This document shows positions 8,211 to 18,922 of a DNA stretch of 41,385 bases, piece by piece (position 1 is the stretch's first letter; the number at the start of each line of letters is the position of its first letter). The notes under the pieces were generated by a model that saw only the letters and a list, made by a program, of their open reading frames with translations, did not search any database and had not been told where the DNA came from. Origin of the DNA: Chloroflexota bacterium (GTDB lineage Bacteria > Chloroflexota > Dehalococcoidia > UBA2979); assembly GCA_027593235.1 (NCBI GenBank), contig JAQCIU010000028.1, forward strand, positions 1 to 41,385, read 5' to 3'. The translations under genes were made by a program, and so were the position numbers.

Positions 8211-9448
8211 CCCTCGTAGCGCCGGAAGATCGCCGCGGCGTTCTGCCCGCCCAGCCCGAACGAGTTCGAAAGCACCGTGTTGATCTCAAATTCACGCGCC
8301 ACGTTCGGCGTGATATCCAGATCGCAGTCCGGGTCCGTGTGCACGTGATTGATCGTCGGCGGGATGCAACCGTGCGTCATCGCCAGTACCGAGGCCACAG
8401 CCTCAATCCCGCCCGCACCCGCTGCCAGGTGCCCGGTCATCGATTTCGTCGAGGACAATGGAATCTGGTAGGCAGCCTCGCCCAGCGCAATCTTGATCGC
8501 CGCCGTCTCGGTGCGGTCGTTGTATTGCGTGCTCGTGCCGTGCGCGTTGATGTAGTCGATCTGCTCCGGGACGATCTCCGCGTCGTTCATCGCGCGCTTC
8601 ATCGCCAGCGCCTGACCTTCGGCGTCCGGCGCCGTGTCGTCCGTCGCGTCGAAGGACCAGCCAACGCCCGCTAGCTCAGCGTAGATCCGTGCGCCGCGCG
8701 CCAGCGCGGATGCCTCGGACTCGATCAGCAGCACCCCCGCGCCCTCGCCCAGGATGAACCCGTCGCGGTCCCGGTCGAACGGTCGCGAGGCGTGCTCCGG
8801 ATCCTCGTTGTTCTTGGACAGCGCGCCCATGCGCCCCATCGAGGACAGCGCCAGCGGCGTGATCATCGCCTCCGTGCCGCCCACGAGCACCGCCTCGGCG
8901 TGCCCGAGGCGAATCATGCTCAGCGCGTGACCCAGCGCATCCGTCCCGGAGGCGCAGGCCGTGTTGATCGTCGTGTTCGGACCACGGATCCCCAGCTCAC
9001 GCGCCACCCGCGCGGCTGCCATGTGCTGACCCATCCGCGTGATGATGAACGGATCCACCTTCGCGGATCCGCGCTCCTTGTAGATGTCCCACTGCGGGCC
9101 CATGTCGAACGCGTCGCCGGACGTCGCGATGATCGCGCCGATGCCGTCGCGGTTCGCCTCCGTCACTTCCATGCCCGCGTCCGTCATCGCCTGCATCCCG
9201 GCCGCGGTCGCGAATTGCGCGAACCGGCCGGTCCGCCGCGCGATCTTCTTCTCGAGGTACGGCGAGACATCGAAGTCGTCGACCTCGCCCGCGATCTGCA
9301 CGATCAGGTCCGACGGATCGAATAGACGCACCCGACCGATCCCGTTCCGCCCGGTCCGCAGCCCCTCCCAGAACGACGCAACGTCGTTTCCGATCGGCGT
9401 CACGGCGCCCAGTCCAGTGATCAGCGCGCGCTGGATTGTTCGGTTCAT
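8207..9448 (-). CDS. fabF: Beta-ketoacyl-ACP synthase II
   Basis: TACASG (catalytic Cys), NAHGTST, KSMTGH and SNSFGLGGQN motifs. Confidence 0.95.
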   Translation of the reverse strand: MNRTIQRALITGLGAVTPIGNDVASFWEGLRTGRNGIGRVRLFDPSDLIVQIAGEVDDFDVSPYLEKKIARRTGRFAQFATAAGMQAMTDAGMEVTEANRDGIGAIIATSGDAFDMGPQWDIYKERGSAKVDPFIITRMGQHMAAARVARELGIRGPNTTINTACASGTDALGHALSMIRLGHAEAVLVGGTEAMITPLALSSMGRMGALSKNNEDPEHASRPFDRDRDGFILGEGAGVLLIESEASALARGARIYAELAGVGWSFDATDDTAPDAEGQALAMKRAMNDAEIVPEQIDYINAHGTSTQYNDRTETAAIKIALGEAAYQIPLSSTKSMTGHLAAGAGGIEAVASVLAMTHGCIPPTINHVHTDPDCDLDITPNVAREFEINTVLSNSFGLGGQNAAAIFRRYEG

Positions 9449-9546
9449 CGTTCCGCCTTCACCGGCATTGGCCCACGGACACCATGCTACCGCCCCCGTC
9501 GAGCGGAGACTTCGAGGTCAACGAGGGCTGGACTCCCTGGGCTGCG

Positions 9547-10419
9547 TTAGACCGGCAGGTTTGCGATGCTCTGCAGGAACTCGCGGATGTTCAACGCCAG
9601 CATCGACGGCTGATCCGTCGGTACCGGGTGACCGGCCTCTTCGATCAGCGAGACGCGTGATCCAACCACCCGCCGGTGCAGGCGCTGAATCGCCTCGGGC
9701 GTCAGCATGTCGGTCTCCGCGCCGCGGACAATCATCATTGGGCACTGCAACCGATCGGCACACTCCCACAGATCGTGGAAGCGACGCTGACCGGGGTCCG
9801 GCTCGATCGGTCGTGCCGTCGCGTCGCGGAACACCGGGTCGAAGTCCCAGACGTACGCGCCGTTGTTGCTCTTCAGTGCACCGAGCGCCCGTCGCTCCAA
9901 TTGTTCTGTCGTTGCGTACGGGTAGAACGGTCGGAATGCCTCAATCGCTTCCTCAAGTGATCCGAATTGGTCTGCGGTCCCAACCAGCCGCCGCAGCGCC
10001 TCCATGCCCGATCGCAGTACCTCCGGCGCCGTCTCGACCAGCACGAGGGCCGACACGCTCTCCGGGTGCTCCGCCGCGTAGCAAATCGCGTCCGCCCCGC
10101 CCATCGCGTGGCCCACGAGGGTCACCGAGCGCAGCCCGAGCTGCTCCACGATCGCTTCGAGGTCTTCCACCTGCGCCGTGCGGCTGTAGTCCTGGTTCGT
10201 CGCGTAGCTGCTCTGGCCGTGTCCGCGCAGATCCAGCGCGATCACCCGGAACTCGCGACCCAGGTCTGGGCCGACATCCAGCCAGATCTCACTCGTCTCC
10301 GCGTATCCGTGGAGCAGCAGCACCGCGTGCTTCGTGCGGGTGTCGCCCCACTCCCGAATCCGGAAGCGGAGGCCGTTCGCCTCAACAAAGTCTTCGCGTG
10401 GCTTAGTGGAACCGGCCAT
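9547..10419 (-). CDS. Alpha/beta-fold hydrolase-like protein with Ala at the nucleophile position
   Basis: LLLHGY, DLRGHG, GHAMGG, RGAETD and AGH motifs; extended -10 TGcTAGCAT upstream; start approximate. Confidence 0.85.
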   Translation of the reverse strand: MAGSTKPREDFVEANGLRFRIREWGDTRTKHAVLLLHGYAETSEIWLDVGPDLGREFRVIALDLRGHGQSSYATNQDYSRTAQVEDLEAIVEQLGLRSVTLVGHAMGGADAICYAAEHPESVSALVLVETAPEVLRSGMEALRRLVGTADQFGSLEEAIEAFRPFYPYATTEQLERRALGALKSNNGAYVWDFDPVFRDATARPIEPDPGQRRFHDLWECADRLQCPMMIVRGAETDMLTPEAIQRLHRRVVGSRVSLIEEAGHPVPTDQPSMLALNIREFLQSIANLPV

Positions 10420-10698
10420 CGGCTTGGCGTCCTCGAACTCGTGCGCACGGCGTGAACGCCCGTATCGCGGTGATGAAATGAACCTCGATGCTAGCACTGG
10501 CGCCGCCTAGTGCCGAGATTCAGCCCGTCCTCGCTAGCCCGCGCCCCACTCTGCCGCCTAAACTTGGCACATCATGTCCATCACTCCGCGCAGACGCACC
10601 GCCTCCACCGGCCCGCTTCGGGCGCGCCGGCGCCTCGTCCGAGGGCGCCTCCACAGCCGCCCGATCGCACCGTGCTCCTCCCCGGACGAGGCCCGCTG

Positions 10699-11034
10699 AT
10701 GCCGATCTACGAGTACCGCTGTGGCGCCTGCGACCGCGTCAGCACCGTCTTTGTCCGCAGCGTTCGCAGCGAACTGCGCGCCACCTGTGACGACTGCGGC
10801 TCAACGCGCATGAAGCGATTGATGTCCCGCCTCTCCCGCGTGAAGAGCGATCAGCAGGTCATGGACGATCTCGGGATGCCCGCCGCCGGTGGCTCCATCG
10901 AGGATCCTCGGCAGATCGGCCGCTGGGTCGAACAGCGCTTCCAGGACTACGGCATGGACGTACCCGAAGAGACCCGCCAGATGATCGATGCCGCTCGCGA
11001 TGGCGAGCTGCCGGACCCCGTCAGCGACCTTTAG
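10699..11034 (+). CDS. FmdB family zinc-ribbon protein
   Basis: MPIYEYRCGAC...CDDCGS...KRLMS N-terminal signature. Confidence 0.88.
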   Translation: MPIYEYRCGACDRVSTVFVRSVRSELRATCDDCGSTRMKRLMSRLSRVKSDQQVMDDLGMPAAGGSIEDPRQIGRWVEQRFQDYGMDVPEETRQMIDAARDGELPDPVSDL

Positions 11035-11090
11035 TGGGGGCCGCTCCATCCCGTCGTGTGATCGCCCCGCCGTCACCTGGCTCGCTTGAA

Positions 11091-11233
11091 GTCAATCCCC
11101 TTGACATCCCTGCTCGACCACTTATCCGATTCCTTGGATAAGTCTGTGGATATGATGGGCGCACCTGCGTACACACGTATGCAGAGTCCATACCGCACCC
11201 GGTGATGCGGCTACCCGGGCGCGATGCTACGCT
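11091..11233 (+). promoter_or_regulatory. hppA upstream regulatory region
   Basis: TTGACA 11101-11106, TATGAT 11151-11156, extended -10 TGcTACGCT 11225-11233, several dyads and DnaA-box-like 9-mers. Confidence 0.45.
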
Positions 11234-11320
11234 GCCGCCCGTTCCGCGTGCCTCTGGGGCGGTCTGAATCGTTCGGACGGGTACGCGGCGGTCTGTGCTC
11301 CAGGGAGGGCTACAAAACCA

Positions 11321-13390
<2,070 letters not shown>

Positions 13391-13413
13391 CGCGCCACCA
13401 GATCCGCTTCCAT

Positions 13414-13447
13414 ACAGGGCCCGCCAACTGGCGGGCCCTGTTCGTGT
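13414..13447 (+). terminator. Intrinsic terminator after hppA
   Basis: ACAGGGCCCGCC-aact-GGCGGGCCCTGT followed by TCGTGT. Confidence 0.75.
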
Positions 13448-13572
13448 CCCGCCCCGCGTCGGACCAGTGATTCCGTATGAAGTGGGGTATGAGGGCCCGA
13501 CAACTCCAGAAACACGCCGATCGTGCCGAGGATCACCCCGAACCACAGGCTCTGCCTGTCGTTGGAGGCGTC

Positions 13573-14814
13573 ATGGATGATCGGGCATACCTCGCCGATG
13601 GCACGACCGGCGCGGCGTTCGCCGTGGCCGCGCAATTCGATACCGATGCGGCAATTCTTCCCTCGACCCGATCCGAACTGCTGGCGCATCTGAGCGCCGC
13701 CTTCGATCTCGCCGAATCACGCCCGGAAGGCCACGCTGCCCGCGTTGCCCTGCTCGCCCTCGAAACCGCCCAATCCCTCCGCCTCGATCGCGAAACGCGC
13801 GAGCGGCTCTTCTACGCAGCTCTGCTGCACGACGCCCACCTCGGTTCCGCCCCCGACGAAGCTCACCTCGAGGCCGCCGCCCGCGCCGTCATGCGCCTCG
13901 GCCTCGATATCGGTGTCGCCCGGGTCATTAGCGCCGCCCGCGCCCTCACCGATGGCGACGCCGAACCCGACGTCGACACCCCCATCGAGGCGCTCTGCGT
14001 CGCCGCTGCCCACTGGGCCTGCGACATCGCCGAGGACGAGAACCCGCTCCGCGCACGCACCCGCCTCCAGAACGAAAGCGACGGCAAGCTGGCGCAGGTC
14101 GCCGGTGCCCAGGTCGCCGCCGGACTCCGCCAGGCACTCCGCAGCGACGAGACCTGGATCCACTTCTGGGATGACCAACTTCCCGCCTTCGCCGCACGCC
14201 AGGTCGGTGATCGGCCACCCTCTGTCAAGGACGTCATCGAGGCCGCCGCCGCCATGGGCGATCTCGTCGATGCCGCCCTTCGCGAGCCCGGCCGCGCCCG
14301 CCGCGTCTCGGAACTCGCCGCTACGCTCGCGCGTCAGCTCGCGCTCCCGGAAGCGACCCAGCAGGCTCTCGCCGTCGCCGGCTACCTCGTCGACATCGGT
14401 CAGCTCAGCGTCCCCCGCGCCATCACCGAGAAGCCGTCGATCCTCAGCGTCGAGGAGATGGTTCAGATGCGCCGTCACCCCGGCCTCGGGGCACGCATCG
14501 TCGAGCGCATCAACGGCATGGACGACATCGCACTCTGGATTGAGATGCACCACGAGCGGCCAGACGGTCGCGGCTACCCGGAGATGCTGACCGACGACGA
14601 ACTGCCACGCCCGCCGCGCATCCTCGCCGTCGCTGACAGCTACTGGGCGCTCCGCGCCGAGCGGCCCTACCGCCCGGCCATGACCGTCGAAGAAGCGCTT
14701 GATGTCATCCAGGCCGGAGCCGGCGCCCAGTACGATCTCGCCGTCGTCAACGCCCTCAGGGCAGTGGTTCGAGACGCCGAGGCGGCAGCAGCAGCGGCCG
14801 ACGACGTCGCCTGA
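13573..14814 (+). CDS. Tandem HD / HD-GYP domain protein with a degenerate active site
   Basis: N-domain AALLHD; C-domain HHERPDGRGYP, ILAVAD and RPYR but YLVDIGQ in place of LLHDIGK; GGAGG RBS before ATG 13573. Confidence 0.85.
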   Translation: MDDRAYLADGTTGAAFAVAAQFDTDAAILPSTRSELLAHLSAAFDLAESRPEGHAARVALLALETAQSLRLDRETRERLFYAALLHDAHLGSAPDEAHLEAAARAVMRLGLDIGVARVISAARALTDGDAEPDVDTPIEALCVAAAHWACDIAEDENPLRARTRLQNESDGKLAQVAGAQVAAGLRQALRSDETWIHFWDDQLPAFAARQVGDRPPSVKDVIEAAAAMGDLVDAALREPGRARRVSELAATLARQLALPEATQQALAVAGYLVDIGQLSVPRAITEKPSILSVEEMVQMRRHPGLGARIVERINGMDDIALWIEMHHERPDGRGYPEMLTDDELPRPPRILAVADSYWALRAERPYRPAMTVEEALDVIQAGAGAQYDLAVVNALRAVVRDAEAAAAAADDVA

Positions 14815-14838
14815 CGCCGCCCTGCGGTATGTCGAGGC

Positions 14839-15192
14839 CTACACGCGCTCGAAGCGCTCGATGTCCAGCACGAACACAATCGCGCCGCCTACGCGCACCT
14901 CGACCGGCTCGGCGGTGAACCCGCCGTCGCCCAGGAACGGGAGCGTCTGAACAGGCACGAACTCCTTGCGCGCGTGGCAGACCTCGCGGACCAGATCCAT
15001 CAGCGGATCCAGGCGTGATGCGGCGACCCCGCTCAAGATCGTCACGCTGCCGCGGCGCAGGAACCCGCCGGTCGAGCCGATCTTCGTCGCCGAAAACCCG
15101 GCTTCCACCATCTGCTCCATCAACTGATTGGCGTCCGAATCGGACACCACCACGATGCACATCTTCGTCGGGGCGGCTGGATCGGTCGTCAT
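14839..15192 (-). CDS. darA: PII-like cyclic-di-AMP receptor (DarA/PstA, DUF970 family)
   Basis: ATKIGSTGGFLRRGSVTILSGV and VEVRVGGAIVFVLDIERFERV signatures; GAGGAG RBS. Confidence 0.9.
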   Translation of the reverse strand: MTTDPAAPTKMCIVVVSDSDANQLMEQMVEAGFSATKIGSTGGFLRRGSVTILSGVAASRLDPLMDLVREVCHARKEFVPVQTLPFLGDGGFTAEPVEVRVGGAIVFVLDIERFERV

Positions 15193-15374
15193 GCCGAGAT
15201 CTCCTCGGAAGCATCGGATGTCTCTGAACTGGAGGCCGGCGCCACCGCGCGCGTTGCGCCGGTTGCCGCGACGGCGGGCATCGTCGCCCCGCTGTGCTCG
15301 CGTCGCGCCGCGATCCACAGGGCGGCAATCGTCCCAAGTACGGCGCCGGTTCCGAGGGCGAACAGCGTTTTCAT
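15189..15374 (-). CDS. Small N-terminally membrane-anchored protein (YtxH-like N-terminus)
   Basis: MKTLFALGTGAVLGTIAALWIAARR; ATGA overlap with the darA start. Confidence 0.6.
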   Translation of the reverse strand: MKTLFALGTGAVLGTIAALWIAARREHSGATMPAVAATGATRAVAPASSSETSDASEEISA

Positions 15375-15517
15375 CGCGCTCCCTTGCGTCTGAAACGCGA
15401 TTCTATCCCGCCGCGACCGCGCCGACGAGTCGAAGCCGCTCTGCTCGGCGCTTCATCCTCCGCCGCGTCCCCCGTATCCTTACCCGACTCACAACGCTTG
15501 CGACGCCGGGGAGAACG

Positions 15518-16885
15518 ATGACTCAGGCCGCCAACGAGACCGAGGCGACCCTCGAAACGATTGTGTCGCTCGCCAAGCGACGCGGGTTCGTCTTCCCGTC
15601 CGCCGAAATCTACGGCGGCTTCGCCGCCTCCTACGACTACGGTCCGCTCGGCGTCGAGATGAAGCGTCAGATTCGCGATCTCTGGTGGCAGGCGATGGTT
15701 CGCGAGCGCGACGACGTCGTCGGCATCGAGGCCGCAATCATTACCAACCCGCAGGTATGGGCTGCCTCTGGCCACCTCGCCACCTTCAGCGATCCGCTGG
15801 TCGACTGCCTCAATTGTCAGGCCCGCCTCCGCGCCGACCAGATCGAAAACGACACCTGTCCGGAGTGCGGCGCCGTCGGCAAGTTCACCGAAGAGCGCGA
15901 TTTCAACCTGATGCTCAAGACCCACGTCGGCCCGGTCGCGGACGACGCCTCCGTCGCCTACCTCCGCCCGGAGACCGCCCAGGGGATGTTCATCAACTTC
16001 GAGAACGTCCAGCAGACCACCCGCAAGCGCCTGCCCTTCGGTATCGCCCAGATCGGCAAGTCGTTCCGCAACGAAATCACCACCAAGCAGTTCATCTTCC
16101 GTACCCGTGAGTTCGAGCAGATGGAGATGGAGTTCTTCTGCTACCCGGAAGACTCGCTCGAATGGCACACCTACTGGAAGAAGGAACGCCTCCGCTGGTA
16201 CTACCGCCTCGGCATCTCCCCGGACCGCCTCCGCCTCCGCGATCACACCGCCGAGGAGCTGTCCCACTACTCCAAAGCCACCTCCGACATCGAGGTCCAC
16301 TACCGCTGGGGCTGGGGCGAGCTCGAGGGCATCGCCCACCGCGGCGACTTCGATCTCAAAGCTCACGCCGAGCACTCCGGCAAGGCGATTACCTACTTCG
16401 ATCCCGATCGCAACGAGCACATCGTCCCGCACGTCGTCGAACCCGCCGTCGGCGTCGATCGCATCCTGCTCACCCTCCTCTTTGACGCCTACGCCGAAGA
16501 GACCCTCGAGAACGGCGAACAGCGCACCGTCCTCCACCTCGCACCCGAGGTCGCACCCGCCGAGGTTGCCGTCCTTCCGCTCTCCCGCAACGAGAAGCTC
16601 ACCCCGACCGCCCGTCGCGTCTATGACGTGATCGGACCGCGCTTCCGTACCCAGTACGACGATGCGCAATCGATCGGCCGCCGCTACCGTCGCCAGGACG
16701 AAATCGGCACCCCGCTCGCCGTCACCGTCGACTTCGAAACCATCGATGATGACGCCGTCACCATCCGCGACCGGGACACCATGGAGCAGATCCGCGTCCC
16801 CATCGCGGAACTCCCGGCGGCGCTCAACCGCCGCCTCGAGGAACTCCGGCCGCACGTCCCCGCCCACGACGACATCGAGGTCTAA
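15518..16885 (+). CDS. glyQS: Glycine--tRNA ligase, alpha2 type
   Basis: YDYGPLG, YLRPETAQG, IGKSFRNEIT, FRTREFEQME and IGRRYRRQDEIGTP motifs. Confidence 0.96.
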   Translation: MTQAANETEATLETIVSLAKRRGFVFPSAEIYGGFAASYDYGPLGVEMKRQIRDLWWQAMVRERDDVVGIEAAIITNPQVWAASGHLATFSDPLVDCLNCQARLRADQIENDTCPECGAVGKFTEERDFNLMLKTHVGPVADDASVAYLRPETAQGMFINFENVQQTTRKRLPFGIAQIGKSFRNEITTKQFIFRTREFEQMEMEFFCYPEDSLEWHTYWKKERLRWYYRLGISPDRLRLRDHTAEELSHYSKATSDIEVHYRWGWGELEGIAHRGDFDLKAHAEHSGKAITYFDPDRNEHIVPHVVEPAVGVDRILLTLLFDAYAEETLENGEQRTVLHLAPEVAPAEVAVLPLSRNEKLTPTARRVYDVIGPRFRTQYDDAQSIGRRYRRQDEIGTPLAVTVDFETIDDDAVTIRDRDTMEQIRVPIAELPAALNRRLEELRPHVPAHDDIEV

Positions 16886-16944
16886 TCGGTCCCACGAACG
16901 CATCGCAAGAAATGAATCGTGACCAGTAGCGTCGGAGCAGCCTC

Positions 16945-17745
16945 TTGACCACCACCCGCCGTCCGAAGCGCCGCCTGCTCCACACCTCCGATGTCCACCT
17001 CGGCGCCTATGACTACGGCGACGGCTCGCCGGCGCGCGACCAGCTCCACGCCAACTTCGCCCGCGTCATCGATATCGCCATCCGCGAGAAGGTCGATTTC
17101 GCGCTCATCGCCGGCGACTTCTTCGACAACGCCCGTGTCTGGGAAGACACCCTCGAATACGCCGCCGCCCAGATCGCGCGGCTCGAGGCGCCAGTCGTCA
17201 TCGCCCCCGGCAACCACGACCACGTCGGCCCGCGCTCCGTCTACGACCGCCTCGACTTCGCCACTCACGCCCCCAACCTGCGCGTCATGCGCACCCCCAA
17301 CGGCGAGACCGTCGCCCTCGAGGACCTCGACGTCGAGATCTGGGCGCGCAGCCACACCGAGGAACTGCCCGACTTCCAGCCGTTCTCCTCGCCGCCGCCA
17401 CGCGGCGACGCCGCCTGGCAGATCGGCGCCGGGCACGGCCACTTCATCCACCCCAAGGCCCTGCTCCACCACTCCTTCCACATCCGCGAAGAGCACCTCG
17501 TCGAGGCCGATCGTGACTACGTCGCGCTCGGCCACTGGGAGCAGATGACCCGCGTCGCCGCCGGCGATCGCACCATCGCCGCCTACTCCGGCGCCCCCGA
17601 GGGCCTCGGACACGGCAGCGAGGTCGGTGGTCGCGTCCTGATCGTCGATCTCCACGAGGACGGCACCGTCGAACTGCAGGCACATTCCCTCGGCGACGAG
17701 CCCCCGCTCGCCCACCACGAAATCCCCTACCTCGAAGCGCTCTAG
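16945..17745 (+). CDS. Metallophosphoesterase, SbcD/Mre11-like
   Basis: HTSDVHLG, AGDFFD, PGNHD, ALGHW and YSGAPE motifs; TTG start; no sbcC partner nearby. Confidence 0.85.
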   Translation: MTTTRRPKRRLLHTSDVHLGAYDYGDGSPARDQLHANFARVIDIAIREKVDFALIAGDFFDNARVWEDTLEYAAAQIARLEAPVVIAPGNHDHVGPRSVYDRLDFATHAPNLRVMRTPNGETVALEDLDVEIWARSHTEELPDFQPFSSPPPRGDAAWQIGAGHGHFIHPKALLHHSFHIREEHLVEADRDYVALGHWEQMTRVAAGDRTIAAYSGAPEGLGHGSEVGGRVLIVDLHEDGTVELQAHSLGDEPPLAHHEIPYLEAL

Positions 17746-17950
17746 CCGCTCAACCCGCGCACTCCCGCAGCGCGCTCACCCCGCGCGGTCGCCCGGCCGG
17801 CCAGCACCCCGGCCTGTCTCACAGCTATCCGACTGATCGATGCTGCGCACGCCGGGACGCTCTTGCCGGTCATGCCGAGCCGGGTCTGCTGATCCGGGTG
17901 TGAAGCCCGCTCGGCTCCGGGCATCAAGCCCCGCCAGCCTCCGGACATGA

Positions 17951-17976
17951 AGAAGGGGCGCTCACGCGCCCCTTCT
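17951..17976 (-). terminator. Intrinsic terminator after the ferredoxin gene, possibly bidirectional
   Basis: AGAAGGGGCGC-tcac-GCGCCCCTTCT; on the minus strand the stem ends in CCCCUUCUUC. Confidence 0.7.
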
Positions 17977-18000
17977 CGTTCTGCAACCACGTCTATGGAG

Positions 18001-18276
18001 TTAGGACGGAACCTTGCCGCGTGCGGCGTCCTTGTCCTGGTACCAGAGCGTGTTGATCTCCTTGAACGCCTGCTCTTCGTCCGGGACGTCGTCCTCGGCG
18101 TAGATAGCGGACACGGGACAAGCCGGTTCGCATGCACCGCAGTCGATGCACTCGTCCGGGTCGATGTAAAGCATCTTGTCGACGCCCTCATCGAAGTGAA
18201 TGCAGTCGACGGGACACACGTCCACACAGGACTGGTCCATGGTGTCGATGCACGGCGAGGTAATGGTGTAGGTCAT
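18001..18276 (-). CDS. fdxA: 7Fe-type (FdxA-like) ferredoxin
   Basis: [18 protein letters not shown] and [13 protein letters not shown] motifs. Confidence 0.9.
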   Translation of the reverse strand: MTYTITSPCIDTMDQSCVDVCPVDCIHFDEGVDKMLYIDPDECIDCGACEPACPVSAIYAEDDVPDEEQAFKEINTLWYQDKDAARGKVPS

Positions 18277-18403
18277 CCGGAGCGAACCCTTTCCGGTACG
18301 GTTTCTGCTCCCGGCCGCCGCGCCGGGGTTTTCCAGTTCGGGCGAAGTCTACGCAGCCGTCAGAGTGCACACAAGCGCCCTCCGTCGAATTCTCGGTCGG
18401 GCG

Positions 18404-18892
18404 CTAACGCTTCCACACCTGCCACCACTTGCCGCGCCGTTCTTGGCGCTCTCGCTCCGCTGCAGCCGCTGCTGTGGCCAGCTCCGCGGTCGCCTCGCCA
18501 ATCACCGCATCCAGCCGCCGGCGCAGCATCACCGCGTGCTGAACGAGGTCCGAGGCGATTGATGGATCCTCGGCGGTCTCCGGCCAGAACTCCGTCAGCG
18601 TCTCGCTGAAACCGGGCACCACGGACCGCCCCTCGGAGATGCCGTACTGCCGTAGCTCGTTCGCCGCGCCCAGCAGCGCCTGTCCCAGCCGCTGCACCTG
18701 CCACGCCGCCAGCTCCACCGTGATCACCGCGTTCCCAAGCTGCGCTCGGATCGCCGCGCTCACCGGCTCCAGCGACGCACGGTGCTCCAGCTTCGTTTCC
18801 GGATCGATCTCCGATCCCGGCCGTCCGAGGTGATACACCACCCCGAGGTACGCGATCCGCGCATCCGCGTTCTGCAGTTGGATCAGCGTCAC
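18404..18892 (-). CDS. Hypothetical protein downstream of uvrA
   Basis: 162 aa, GTG start 30 nt after the uvrA stop, good codon bias, ends KWWQVWKR. Confidence 0.75.
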   Translation of the reverse strand: MTLIQLQNADARIAYLGVVYHLGRPGSEIDPETKLEHRASLEPVSAAIRAQLGNAVITVELAAWQVQRLGQALLGAANELRQYGISEGRSVVPGFSETLTEFWPETAEDPSIASDLVQHAVMLRRRLDAVIGEATAELATAAAAAERERQERRGKWWQVWKR

Positions 18893-18922
18893 CGTGAACC
18901 GGGCTTCCCGCCGGCCGGGCGC

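Noticed and set aside
10491-10516. CIRCE (HrcA) element CTAGCACTG-N8-TAGTGCCGA
   Set aside because: Spacer is 8 rather than 9, there are several mismatches, no chaperone gene is adjacent, and the left arm is explained by an extended -10 for the hydrolase
15375-15517. T-box leader for glyQS
   Set aside because: Only about 140 bp and no AAGGTGGTACCGCG-like T-box sequence
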